In this document: positions 37,518 to 46,991 of the stretch, one piece after another | Position numbering within the stretch: position 1 is the first letter of the stretch | Layout of the letters: the number at the start of each line of letters is the position of its first letter | Virus record (IMG/VR): IMGVR_UViG_3300032315_000470 | Location: 7,657 to 71,656 of that record | Direction: 5' to 3' (one strand) | Length of the DNA stretch: 64,000 nucleotides | From: a virus | Made by a program: the position numbers and the translations under genes | The notes under the pieces: generated by a model | Database searches by the model: none | What the model saw: only the letters and a program-made list of their open reading frames with translations | What the model was told of the DNA's origin: nothing

Positions 37518-38531
37518 ATGAGTGTCTTTATAGACAGAACTTTCCTACTCCGCATTTCACCAAAACTACAAAGGTTTTCTCAAAAGAAAGACGACCTTTA
37601 TAATTTTCGGTGCCCCTTGTGTGGAGATTCTCAAAAGAATAAAACAAAATGTCGTGGTTACATTTTTCGAAAGAAGAATGACTACTTCTACATGTGCCAT
37701 AACTGTGGCGCATCCTGTTCTTTTTATAACTTTTTAGATAGAGTTGATCCTACACTCATTAAAGAATATTCACTTGAAAGATATAAAAATGGAGACAATA
37801 ACAAATCCAACCATAGTGAGCCAAATTTCGAGGAGTATAAGTCGCCAGCGCCCATCTTCAAAAAGGCCTTGGAACTTCCTACAATTGACTCATTACCAGA
37901 GGCGCATTTTGCTAAGAACTATGTTCAGCAAAGACGGATTTCGAAAACCTTTTACTCGCAACTATACTTTGCGGAAGATTTCGCAGCCTTCATACAAGGT
38001 CTTGGGATTGAAAAAGAGGGACTTCACAAAAATGACCAACGCCTCGTTATTCCGTTCTACGATAAAGAAAAGAATCTTGTTGCAATACAGGGGAGAGCGT
38101 TAGGAGAATCTAAATTAAGATATATCACTATCAAGTTACATGATGATAACCATAAAGTCTTTGGTGCTGATAGGATAGACGAGGACAAGACGATATATGT
38201 GGTGGAAGGTCCTATTGACAGCCTGTTCTTAGACAATGCTGTTGCTACGGCAGACAGTAACTTGGAATCAATCACATCTATATACGACAAGAGTAAAGTA
38301 GTATTGGTATTTGATAATGAACCTCGCAATAAAGAAATCATTAAAAAAATTGATGATGCGATAGAAAAACATTATCATGTAGTGATTTGGCCAGAAATGA
38401 TTGAAACTAAAGACATTAACGATATGATACTGGATGGATTCTCACCAGATGAAATCCAAGACATTATAAGTAAATGCACATTCGTTAATTTGAGAGCAAA
38501 AGCAGAACTTGTGAATTGGAAAAAAGTATAA
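37518..38531 (+). CDS. gp61: DNA primase
   Basis: CPLCGDS...CHNC zinc finger; EGPIDS and DNEPRN TOPRIM motifs. Confidence 0.97.
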   Translation: MSVFIDRTFLLRISPKLQRFSQKKDDLYNFRCPLCGDSQKNKTKCRGYIFRKKNDYFYMCHNCGASCSFYNFLDRVDPTLIKEYSLERYKNGDNNKSNHSEPNFEEYKSPAPIFKKALELPTIDSLPEAHFAKNYVQQRRISKTFYSQLYFAEDFAAFIQGLGIEKEGLHKNDQRLVIPFYDKEKNLVAIQGRALGESKLRYITIKLHDDNHKVFGADRIDEDKTIYVVEGPIDSLFLDNAVATADSNLESITSIYDKSKVVLVFDNEPRNKEIIKKIDDAIEKHYHVVIWPEMIETKDINDMILDGFSPDEIQDIISKCTFVNLRAKAELVNWKKV

Positions 38532-38535
38532 AATT

Positions 38536-39183
38536 ATGAAGGTGGAATTATTATCATACACACAGCCGGCCCAACACTTTGCTGAAAACTTAACTGAACT
38601 TATTGCCTTCTGTGCAAGAGTTTCAAATCCAAGTAATCAAGCAAACCATGAAACCAGTGAGAAGTTAATTCGTTATCTTATTAAACACCAACATTGGTCT
38701 CCACTTGAAATGGTGAGTATATGTTTGGAGATTGAAACAACTCGTGACATTGCAAGACAAATATTGCGGCACCGTTCTTTTTCATTCCAAGAGTTCTCTC
38801 AGAGATATGCTGTGGCTGATTTGGGTTTTGAATTTAAAGAAGCTCGGTTACAAGATGAAAAGAACCGACAAAATAGTATTGAAACAACAGATGTTGGTTT
38901 ACAATTGAATTGGGAAACACAACAAGACTATGTGGTTGCTGCATCAGAAAAAGCATATCGTTGGGCAATAGAACACGGTATTGCAAAAGAACAAGCTCGT
39001 GCGGTTTTACCTGAAGGCATTACAGTATCAAGGTTGTATATGAATGGAACTCTACGGTCGTGGGTTCACTATATACAGCTTCGTAGTGGAGTAGAAACAC
39101 AAAAGGAACATCGAGAAATTGCTTTGGCTTGCGTAGATGCAATCGAACCAATTTTTCCAATGATTAAAGAATTCGTCAAATAA
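38536..39183 (+). CDS. thyX: Flavin-dependent thymidylate synthase
   Basis: HWSPLE and RHRSFSFQEFSQRY. Confidence 0.97.
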   Translation: MKVELLSYTQPAQHFAENLTELIAFCARVSNPSNQANHETSEKLIRYLIKHQHWSPLEMVSICLEIETTRDIARQILRHRSFSFQEFSQRYAVADLGFEFKEARLQDEKNRQNSIETTDVGLQLNWETQQDYVVAASEKAYRWAIEHGIAKEQARAVLPEGITVSRLYMNGTLRSWVHYIQLRSGVETQKEHREIALACVDAIEPIFPMIKEFVK

Positions 39184-39207
39184 AAATAACAACAAGGCAA
39201 AAAATAT

Positions 39208-40998
39208 ATGGAATACCTAGGCATTAACGTAGATTTAGAACGAGATAAACTTTTTGATGAATTAGGAATTAAGCGATTACAAGAATCGTACATGAAAGAA
39301 GATGAAACATCACCACAACATAGATTTGCATTTGTATCAAAATCATTCGGAACAAACCAAGAACATGCGCAAAGATTATATGAATACAGCAGTAAGCATT
39401 GGCTCTCTTATTCTACTCCCATTCTTTCTTTTGGTCGTAGTAAGCGTGGCATGCCTATATCATGTTTTCTTAATTATATTGAAGATACTGCTGAAGGATT
39501 AGTTGATAATCTATCAGAAACTAATTGGCTTTCTATGCTCGGGGGTGGTGTTGGTATTGGCTTTGGTATTCGTTCAGCAGACGATAAATCTACTGGCGTC
39601 ATGCCTCACCTCAAAATCTATGATGCCGGTTCTTTGGCATACCGGCAAGGTCGGACTCGCAGGGGTAGTTATGCTGCTTACCTCAACATTTCTCATCCGG
39701 ACATTATTGGGTTTTTAGAAATGCGTAAGCCGACTGGTGATCCAAACCAGCGTTGTTTAAATTTACATCATGGTATTAATATCACAGATGACTTCATGCA
39801 TATCATTGAGCAAGCCATGTTGGATCCAGAATTTGATGATTCTTGGAATTTAATCGATCCAGCATCTAAAGAAGTTCGTGAAACTGTATCTGCAAAGATG
39901 TTATGGCAAATGATTCTAGAATTACGTATGCATACTGGTGAACCATACATTCATTACATCGATACAAGTAACAAACATTTACCTGAATGGTTGAAAGCTA
40001 AAGGTTTGAAAGTTCACCAATCAAACCTGTGTTCTGAAATCATTCTGCCTACGAATGAAGAAAGAACGGCAGTATGTTGTTTATCTTCTTTAAATTTGGA
40101 AACTTATGATGAATGGAAAAATAATGAACTATTTCTTAAAGACGTTGCTGAAATGCTCGATAACGTGCTCAATTACTTTATTGATAACGCTCCTGATGCT
40201 ATCTCTCGTGCCAAATACTCCGCTCAACGAGAGCGTTCTATTGGCATCGGTGCTCTCGGGTTTCATGCTTATCTACAGCGTAACGGAATCGCTTTTGAAG
40301 GGGTTATGGCGAAAGTGGCCAATAACAGAATCTTCAAATCAATTCGAGAGGGACTAGATGCCGCTAACATTCAACTGGGAAAAGAGAGAGGTGAAGCACC
40401 CGATGCGGAAGGCACTGGTCGTAGGTTCAGTCATCTTATGGCTATTGCTCCCAATGCTTCTTCTTCTATCATCATGGGAAACACTTCTCCCTCTATTGAG
40501 CCCTACCGTGCAAATGCATATAGACAAGATACTTTATCCGGTTCTTTCTTAAATAAGAATAGATGGTTGAATGAATTAATTATTAAACTATCACATGATA
40601 AACCAGCCGAATGGTATGATGATGTTTGGTCATCTATTATTGCTAACGATGGTTCGGTTCAACATTTAGAATGGATGTCCCAACACGATAAAGATGTATT
40701 CAAAACATCCATGGAGATTGACCAAAGGTGGGTGATTGAATTGGCTGGTGATAGGCAACAATATATCGACCAAGCACAATCATTGAACTTATTCTTTAGA
40801 CCAGATGCACATATCAAATATATTCATGCTATTCATTTTATGGCATGGAAAAAAGGACTGAAAACTCTTTATTATTGCCGTTCTGAAAAGATCGGTAAAG
40901 CAGATAAAGTTTCTAAGAGAATTGAACGTAATGTTATCAAAGAGCTTGATATGACACAGATTGCTCAAGGTAACGATTGTATTGCTTGTGAAGGATGA
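39208..40998 (+). CDS. nrdA: Ribonucleotide reductase class I alpha subunit (no ATP cone)
   Basis: SCF, SNLCSEI, APNASSS, LYY, C-terminal CIACEG. Confidence 0.96.
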   Translation: MEYLGINVDLERDKLFDELGIKRLQESYMKEDETSPQHRFAFVSKSFGTNQEHAQRLYEYSSKHWLSYSTPILSFGRSKRGMPISCFLNYIEDTAEGLVDNLSETNWLSMLGGGVGIGFGIRSADDKSTGVMPHLKIYDAGSLAYRQGRTRRGSYAAYLNISHPDIIGFLEMRKPTGDPNQRCLNLHHGINITDDFMHIIEQAMLDPEFDDSWNLIDPASKEVRETVSAKMLWQMILELRMHTGEPYIHYIDTSNKHLPEWLKAKGLKVHQSNLCSEIILPTNEERTAVCCLSSLNLETYDEWKNNELFLKDVAEMLDNVLNYFIDNAPDAISRAKYSAQRERSIGIGALGFHAYLQRNGIAFEGVMAKVANNRIFKSIREGLDAANIQLGKERGEAPDAEGTGRRFSHLMAIAPNASSSIIMGNTSPSIEPYRANAYRQDTLSGSFLNKNRWLNELIIKLSHDKPAEWYDDVWSSIIANDGSVQHLEWMSQHDKDVFKTSMEIDQRWVIELAGDRQQYIDQAQSLNLFFRPDAHIKYIHAIHFMAWKKGLKTLYYCRSEKIGKADKVSKRIERNVIKELDMTQIAQGNDCIACEG

Positions 40999-41057
40999 AA
41001 TGTTAGAAACAATAACAAGATTGTATTAACCTCAGGTAAACTTTCAGGAGAATTAAA

Positions 41058-41414
41058 ATGACTAAGTTATTTCATGCAATGGTAGTGATGTTTGCTTTTG
41101 CCGTAGTAATTCATTTCACAACTGACGCTAGAGCAGCAGTAATTGCTTCAGCAGATAATAACGATGGCGGAAAAATGGTTTTAACTGATGAACCGTGCGT
41201 TATAGGGGGTAAAACATTTTCTGATGCTTGGCAAGCTTATAGTTTTAATTCTTCAGGATTGGTTCTTCCAGGTTGTTTTAATATATCACTTGATGGTTCG
41301 TCAGTAAAAGTTATATGGGCTGACGGCGATGAAATTGTATATTCAACGAAAAGTTTTACACCAACAAGAAAATCAAAACCTAAAGAAAAACTTAGGACTA
41401 ATTGGTGGCGGTAA
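41058..41414 (+). CDS. Putative exported protein
   Basis: Signal peptide ending ARA; two Cys; AGGAG RBS. Confidence 0.6.
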   Translation: MTKLFHAMVVMFAFAVVIHFTTDARAAVIASADNNDGGKMVLTDEPCVIGGKTFSDAWQAYSFNSSGLVLPGCFNISLDGSSVKVIWADGDEIVYSTKSFTPTRKSKPKEKLRTNWWR

Positions 41415-41423
41415 AATAATATA

Positions 41424-42062
41424 ATGAGTTTTATAATAGCAAATTTGCCAGCAGTAAAATGTTTTGTTCGCAAAGAGTTTCTCTATGACTTTGAGAAAGG
41501 TCATGGAGAACTTGAACCTTGCTGGTGGGTGAGTATTAAATCATTGAGAGGTCAAGCATTTCGTATCGAATCATATTTAAATCACTATGGTGCATTATAC
41601 GATAAACTTCCTCTACATGCTTATTGTTGGAAACCAATTGAAGGTGAGCCTTTACCATTAGATTATCTGCAACTTTGGGATTGTCTTTCTTATGATATTA
41701 CAGTAATAAAAAAAGCACAATTGCAGTCAATGAAGTGCAAAATTAAATTAAAAAGTGGTGGTTGGGCTTATGGTGAATACATGTTTACTGTGGACTCAGC
41801 TCATCCTGACTTTAACACTTTAGATACTGGTTTTTCTGAAGATGTGGAAGATCACAAGTCTTATAACTTTATTAAGTTGGATAACGGGCAATTTGCAGCA
41901 CAGCCCAACAATCGAATGATAGTGTTGGAACCTAGCAGTAACCCAAAAGAATTAAAAATGCCAGACTTCAAAGTAGCAACTAAGCGTTGGTCGGTTGAAA
42001 CCGATCCTAAGTGGGCTCTTGGAGATACAAACACAGTAATGTACGAAAGAAAAGAAAAATGA
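41424..42062 (+). CDS. Conserved phage hypothetical protein
   Basis: VRKEFLYD, LQLWDC, GQFAAQPNNR motifs. Confidence 0.65.
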   Translation: MSFIIANLPAVKCFVRKEFLYDFEKGHGELEPCWWVSIKSLRGQAFRIESYLNHYGALYDKLPLHAYCWKPIEGEPLPLDYLQLWDCLSYDITVIKKAQLQSMKCKIKLKSGGWAYGEYMFTVDSAHPDFNTLDTGFSEDVEDHKSYNFIKLDNGQFAAQPNNRMIVLEPSSNPKELKMPDFKVATKRWSVETDPKWALGDTNTVMYERKEK

Positions 42063-43045
42063 TTAAAAAAATAGAATCGAGGCTAACCGATGAACGGACA
42101 TATTTTAAACCTTTTAATTATGCTTGGGCTTATGATGCATGGCTTAAGCATGAGCAATCTCACTGGTTGCATACTGAAGTTCCAATGTTGGAAGATGTCA
42201 AAGATTGGAAAAAGAAGCTCACCAAAGAAGAAAAACAATTCCTTACACACATCTTTCGATTCTTTACCCAAGGAGACATTGACGTTGCTGGTGGTTATGT
42301 TAATAATTATCTTCCTTATTTCCCACAACCAGAAATTAGGATGATGTTGTTGGGGTTTGCTGCAAGAGAAGCACTACACATAGCTGCATATTCACACTTA
42401 ATCGAAACCTTGGGTCTTCCAGACACGACCTATAATGAGTTTATGGCCTACGCAGAGATGAAAGAGAAACATGATTATATCATGGACATCTCAGGCAAAA
42501 ATACCACAAAAGAAAATACAGCAACACATATTGCTGTATTCTCAGCGTTCACCGAAGGTATGCAATTATTCTCGTCATTCATTATGTTGTTGAACTTTCC
42601 ACGGCACGGTAAAATGAAAGGTATGGGCCAAATCGTAACTTGGTCGATTGTTGATGAAACACAACATACTGAGAATATGATTAAGTTGTTCAGAGCATAC
42701 ATTCAAGAAAATAATGAGATATGGAATGATGAATTAAAAGGTCGTCTATATACAATAGCTGAGCGTATGGTAGAATTAGAAGATAAATTTATTGACTTAG
42801 CTTTTGCTATGGGTGCAATGGAAGATTTATCTTCAGAAGATGTTAAAAAGTATATTCGTTATATTGCAGACCGCCGATTGATTTCTTTAGGACTCAAAGG
42901 TGTGTTTAAAGTGAAAAGAAATCCTTTACCATGGGTTGAGGAAATGATTAATGCACCAACACACACCAACTTCTTTGAGAACAGAGCAACCGATTATGCA
43001 AAAGGTGCTTTGTCTGGAGATTGGGGTGATGTGTGGGCCAAATAA
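42059..43045 (+). CDS. nrdB: Ribonucleotide reductase class I beta subunit
   Basis: FFTQGD, EALH, EGMQLF, DETQH, NFFE. Confidence 0.96.
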   Translation: MIKKIESRLTDERTYFKPFNYAWAYDAWLKHEQSHWLHTEVPMLEDVKDWKKKLTKEEKQFLTHIFRFFTQGDIDVAGGYVNNYLPYFPQPEIRMMLLGFAAREALHIAAYSHLIETLGLPDTTYNEFMAYAEMKEKHDYIMDISGKNTTKENTATHIAVFSAFTEGMQLFSSFIMLLNFPRHGKMKGMGQIVTWSIVDETQHTENMIKLFRAYIQENNEIWNDELKGRLYTIAERMVELEDKFIDLAFAMGAMEDLSSEDVKKYIRYIADRRLISLGLKGVFKVKRNPLPWVEEMINAPTHTNFFENRATDYAKGALSGDWGDVWAK

Positions 43046-43054
43046 GGAATCTAT

Positions 43055-43243
43055 ATGACAAACAAAGTACTTTCAGGCGATTGCCTCAACTGTGAATCAC
43101 AATATAGCGTAGAATTTATGGAAGAAGAAGTATCTCAAGATTTACCTGAACATTGTCCGTTCTGTGGAGAACGAATCGAAGAATTATCCGAAGAATATAT
43201 AGAGGATGATCAAGATGAAATGGACAATGGAGAATGGGACTAA
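43055..43243 (+). CDS. Small zinc-ribbon protein
   Basis: CLNC...CPFCG with acidic tail. Confidence 0.7.
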   Translation: MTNKVLSGDCLNCESQYSVEFMEEEVSQDLPEHCPFCGERIEELSEEYIEDDQDEMDNGEWD

Positions 43244-43680
43244 ACTGGCAATATAATGGTAAAGAATTTACGGAAGACTTAATTGGTAATAATTACGGGT
43301 TCGTGTATCAGATAACTAATCTGACGAATGGTAGAAAATACATAGGCAAGAAATTCTTTTATTCTGCCAAAACCAAGCAGGTCAAAGGTAAAAAGAAAAA
43401 GATTAAAGTACCAAGTGATTGGCAAACTTACTATGGAAGTAGTGACATTCTTAAGCAAGATGTGTTACAATTAGGTCACGACAAATTCAATCGTGAAATA
43501 TTACATCTTTGCCAATCTAAAGGTGAATGTGGTTATCTTGAAGCTAAAGAACAGTTCGTCCGTGGTGTTATGGAAACGGAAGATTACTACAACACTTGGA
43601 TTATGGTAAGGGTGAGAAAATCACATATCAAGGACTATAATGCTAGACTTCTTAAAACCAATGAAACAAGAGAGCTTTGA
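43234..43680 (+). CDS. GIY-YIG nuclease (T4 EndoII/Seg-like)
   Basis: GFVYQITN...KYIGKK, YYGSS, YYN. Confidence 0.8.
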   Translation: MGLNWQYNGKEFTEDLIGNNYGFVYQITNLTNGRKYIGKKFFYSAKTKQVKGKKKKIKVPSDWQTYYGSSDILKQDVLQLGHDKFNREILHLCQSKGECGYLEAKEQFVRGVMETEDYYNTWIMVRVRKSHIKDYNARLLKTNETREL

Positions 43681-43990
43681 CTTTTTAACTTTCTTAGCTG
43701 GTGATACCGATAATGAAATTGCAATTGTAGGACAAGAGTATGCCAATAAAGGCGAACCGATTGGTGGAAACGAACTAGGTTTGACTTATCACATTGTTCT
43801 GTTCAGAGATAGTAAGACTGATAAGGACGCCTACGGTGACTTGGATTCATTTGAGGCAATACTTGCCGATCCACTAGAATATATTTCTGGATTAATACCA
43901 GGTGGATTCTATGGTATAATTGCAAAGAAAACTACCACATCACAAAAAATCATCGACAAACTACTTGACACAATGAAGAAAACAATGTAG
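43640..43990 (+). CDS. Hypothetical protein
   Basis: ORF with AAGGA RBS. Confidence 0.55.
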   Translation: MLDFLKPMKQESFDFLTFLAGDTDNEIAIVGQEYANKGEPIGGNELGLTYHIVLFRDSKTDKDAYGDLDSFEAILADPLEYISGLIPGGFYGIIAKKTTTSQKIIDKLLDTMKKTM

Positions 43991-44023
43991 GATGTAACTT
44001 TTAGAAACTATTGAAAGTTTGTT

Positions 44024-44872
44024 ATGATTCTCGTTGATTTAAATCAAGTACTACTATCTGGCCTAATGGCACAGATTTCAAACCAAAAGGGGTTGAAACT
44101 GGATGAAAGTCTAGTTCGGCACCTGATTCTTAATATTCTCCGTATGCACATCAGAAACTTCCGTAAGGATTATGGTGATGTTGTTTTATGTTGTGATAAT
44201 CGCAAGTATTGGCGTAAAGAATATTTTCCATTTTACAAAGCAGGTCGTAAGAAAACCAGAGAAAAGTCCGATTTAGATTGGCATATGATTTTTGATATGT
44301 TAGCCAAATTCAAATCAGAACTCCGTGAAAACTTTCCTTACAAAGTAATCGATGTTGAAGGAGCTGAAGCTGATGATATTATTGGTACACTGGTGCCGAT
44401 ATATGCTAAACATGAAAAAGTTTTGATTCTATCGAGTGATGGTGACTTTCTACAATTACAGTATTATGGTGACAATGTTAAGCAGTATAATCCTGCACAA
44501 AAGAAGTTTGTCAAATCGGTTGATCCTCGTATCGAACTAAAAGAGAAGATTATTCGTGGTGACAAAGGTGATGGTATTCCTAATATATTCTCTCCTTCTG
44601 ATTGTTTTGTTCGAGATTTGCGACAGAAACCAATCACCAAAGGAGTTTTGGATAAGTATCTAAAAGAAGATGTAAGTAATTATAATGAAACAGACAAGGC
44701 AAATTATTCTAGAAATGCCACACTAATTGACCTTACACATATACCACCAGAGATCAAAGAAAAAATTATAAATACATATGATGAAACAAAACCGGCATCT
44801 CGCCAAAAGTTGTTGAACTATTTTATAGAACACAAACTAAAAAACCTAATGGATGTAATTGAGGAATTTTGA
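44024..44872 (+). CDS. rnh: T4 RNase H (5'-3' exonuclease)
   Basis: YWRK..YK..RKK, EADDIIG, SSDGDF.QL, GDKGDGIPN. Confidence 0.95.
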   Translation: MILVDLNQVLLSGLMAQISNQKGLKLDESLVRHLILNILRMHIRNFRKDYGDVVLCCDNRKYWRKEYFPFYKAGRKKTREKSDLDWHMIFDMLAKFKSELRENFPYKVIDVEGAEADDIIGTLVPIYAKHEKVLILSSDGDFLQLQYYGDNVKQYNPAQKKFVKSVDPRIELKEKIIRGDKGDGIPNIFSPSDCFVRDLRQKPITKGVLDKYLKEDVSNYNETDKANYSRNATLIDLTHIPPEIKEKIINTYDETKPASRQKLLNYFIEHKLKNLMDVIEEF

Positions 44873-45294
44873 TGAAAAATATTTACGAAGTATTTGATGA
44901 GTTTGAAGAAGCTAAAAACAAAAAAGAAAGAATGGAAGTAATTGAAAGGAATCTATCAAAAACTTTGGTAGATGTTTTGCAGTTCACTTTTCATCCAGAT
45001 TGTAAATGGAAAATTAAAGAAATGCCAGACAACTACAAGATTCCTGATACTAAACCAGGAATTTCAACATGTCAACTTTCAACTGAAATTAGAAAGTTAT
45101 ATTTGTTTCAAGAAGGTCATCCAGAAGCAGAAAAGTTATCTCCTAGGAGACAGAATGAACTATTGATTCTTTTACTCGAATCACTAGAACCCCGTGAAGC
45201 TGAAGTTATTATTGGGATCTTTAGAAAAGATCAAGGTGTGAGAGGTTTGGATTATAAGTTTGTCAAAGAGGCATTTCCAACACTAATACCTTAA
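44869..45294 (+). CDS. Conserved T4-like hypothetical protein (DUF6433-like)
   Basis: LLESL..EAE...VKEAFP motif; usual position after rnh. Confidence 0.65.
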   Translation: MMKNIYEVFDEFEEAKNKKERMEVIERNLSKTLVDVLQFTFHPDCKWKIKEMPDNYKIPDTKPGISTCQLSTEIRKLYLFQEGHPEAEKLSPRRQNELLILLLESLEPREAEVIIGIFRKDQGVRGLDYKFVKEAFPTLIP

Positions 45295-45298
45295 TTCA

Positions 45299-45670
45299 AT
45301 GCATGAAAAAGAAAAAATAATAATCGTCACTGGTGAATTTGATCCTCTGGATATAGAAGGTCTAAAGTTTTTAAAGAAATGTAAACGTAAAGGCGATTGG
45401 TTAATTGTTGGTTTACATTCTGATTGGTGGATGGTGTATTCGGTTGGAGGGTTTGTACAAAATTATGATACTCGCCGTGAAATACTTTCCAATATTAAGT
45501 GTGTGGATGAAATTTTCACATTTAATGATACTGATGGTACCGTTTGCCAATTATTAAAAATTGTGAAGATTTGTTATCCACATTCTGATATAACTTATGT
45601 GTCAAATATGGATATGCATAATATGCCAGAAACAAAAATTAAAGGCATTACTTTTGAAACGGTAAGATAG
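45299..45670 (+). CDS. RfaE/TagD-like cytidylyltransferase, degenerate
   Basis: TGEFDPL, LIVGLHSD, IKCVDE; HxGH replaced by DIEG. Confidence 0.7.
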   Translation: MHEKEKIIIVTGEFDPLDIEGLKFLKKCKRKGDWLIVGLHSDWWMVYSVGGFVQNYDTRREILSNIKCVDEIFTFNDTDGTVCQLLKIVKICYPHSDITYVSNMDMHNMPETKIKGITFETVR

Positions 45671-45679
45671 GAGACGCAG

Positions 45680-45856
45680 GTGACCAAGTTTGTAGGTAAA
45701 TTTCGTAAGAATCAGGATTACAATGAGGATTATGAATACACAAAAAATGTTTTACATAACAAGAAACGCAATAACGAACATCCTGAAGTAAAGAAGCTGA
45801 AAGTTCAGGAAAGAAAAAATTTTGATTTATTCGATGAGTATTCGGAAAACGATTAA
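45680..45856 (+). CDS. Small hypothetical protein (58 aa)
   Basis: AGGAG RBS, GTG start, open frame. Confidence 0.5.
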   Translation: MTKFVGKFRKNQDYNEDYEYTKNVLHNKKRNNEHPEVKKLKVQERKNFDLFDEYSEND

Positions 45857-45966
45857 TTTCACCTTATAAAAAAAGTCATGTTTACCACTACAATATGATT
45901 TTTCTCATATAAGTATCGGTGTCCTGTTTTAAAATGATTGCTTTAGGACCTTATGGTACCAAAAGT

Positions 45967-46018
45967 GTGTCATAAAAACAACATATAGCTTGACATCACA
46001 CCAAAACTAGTGTATTAT
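45967..46018 (+). promoter_or_regulatory. Early promoter with upstream palindromic box variant
   Basis: GTGT-N8-CAAC then TTGACA-17-TATTAT. Confidence 0.65.
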
Positions 46019-46045
46019 TGTAGATTCCAGTCAGGATTCTATATT

Positions 46046-46390
46046 ATGATTATACACAGTTACATTCCAAAACAGAAAAAACGCAAAGTTCCAAAATCCG
46101 TGAAGATTCAACACGAAGATTGGTTAAAATCAATTTCCAAAATACCACGGATTTGTAATAAAACAAATTCCAGAGTGGTAACTAAATCGGTGCCTATTCT
46201 TAAAGTTCCGGCTGGCAGAGAAACTCCCCTATGCGTTTCCATTGATACAGGTTTTATACCGTGTACCAAAAAATCCCAAAATTCATATACAGGCGAAAAG
46301 ATGAAAGGTGTAGCAACCATGCACAAGTCTAATGCTGTTCCTGTATTCACAGATAAAGAAGCACAAGAAATTTCAAGTATGAGGAGGTAA
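46046..46390 (+). CDS. Conserved T4-like hypothetical protein
   Basis: YTG..MKGVATMHKSNAVPV...ISSMRR. Confidence 0.7.
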   Translation: MIIHSYIPKQKKRKVPKSVKIQHEDWLKSISKIPRICNKTNSRVVTKSVPILKVPAGRETPLCVSIDTGFIPCTKKSQNSYTGEKMKGVATMHKSNAVPVFTDKEAQEISSMRR

Positions 46391-46393
46391 TAA

Positions 46394-46899
46394 ATGATTA
46401 CAAATGAAGAATGGGAAGATTATAAAGATTACCTTTTAGATTTAACGAAGGAAGAGCTTGAAGTTGAGTTAAAATGGTTAGAATCTGTAGGCCAAGCGAA
46501 AAAAAGAGGCAGCGTAGTCAGCTGTATTGAAAATTATACTATACAATGAGATGAAAATGTTACAACAATGGGAAGAATCACAAATTTATCGTGGCGTAGA
46601 TGAAATTATATTCAATTTACGACACATTCCGGCTCAAGATGTCGCTTATTTTCTTGTAAAGTTCAATCCGAATCTTGCGGAAGAGCTGGCATCAGCATTA
46701 GAGCAACAAATTTTTGATAAAAACGAAGGAAGTAAGCATGAATGAGCAAAATCAACCTCTAATTTTCTCGGAACGAGCGGATGATGAAGAAATTCCAGCG
46801 TGGAAACGCTTGGATATCGTTACTAGAAAATGGGCAGCGTTAACCGGCATGGAAAAAGACCTTTCCGACTACCAAAAAATGAAAGAAATGTATCAATAA
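46394..46899 (+). CDS. Three small hypothetical proteins (46394-46549, about 46551-46745, 46738-46899)
   Basis: Consecutive ORFs with RBSs. Confidence 0.5.
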
Positions 46900-46906
46900 G
46901 CGTCCT

Positions 46907-46968
46907 GTTGCTAAAAAACAACGCTTTTTTTCGAAATATCTTGACGGAACCTTGGATTCCTGTATAAT
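46907..46968 (+). promoter_or_regulatory. Early promoter with GTTG-N8-CAAC box
   Basis: GTTG CTAAAAAA CAAC; TTGACG-16-TATAAT. Confidence 0.7.
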
Positions 46969-46991
46969 AATGGAATTAACTAGGAGATTTC

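Noticed and set aside
13473-43045. Introns or inteins in gp43, gp41, nrdA or nrdB
   Set aside because: ORFs are uninterrupted, of ordinary length, and show no intein motifs.
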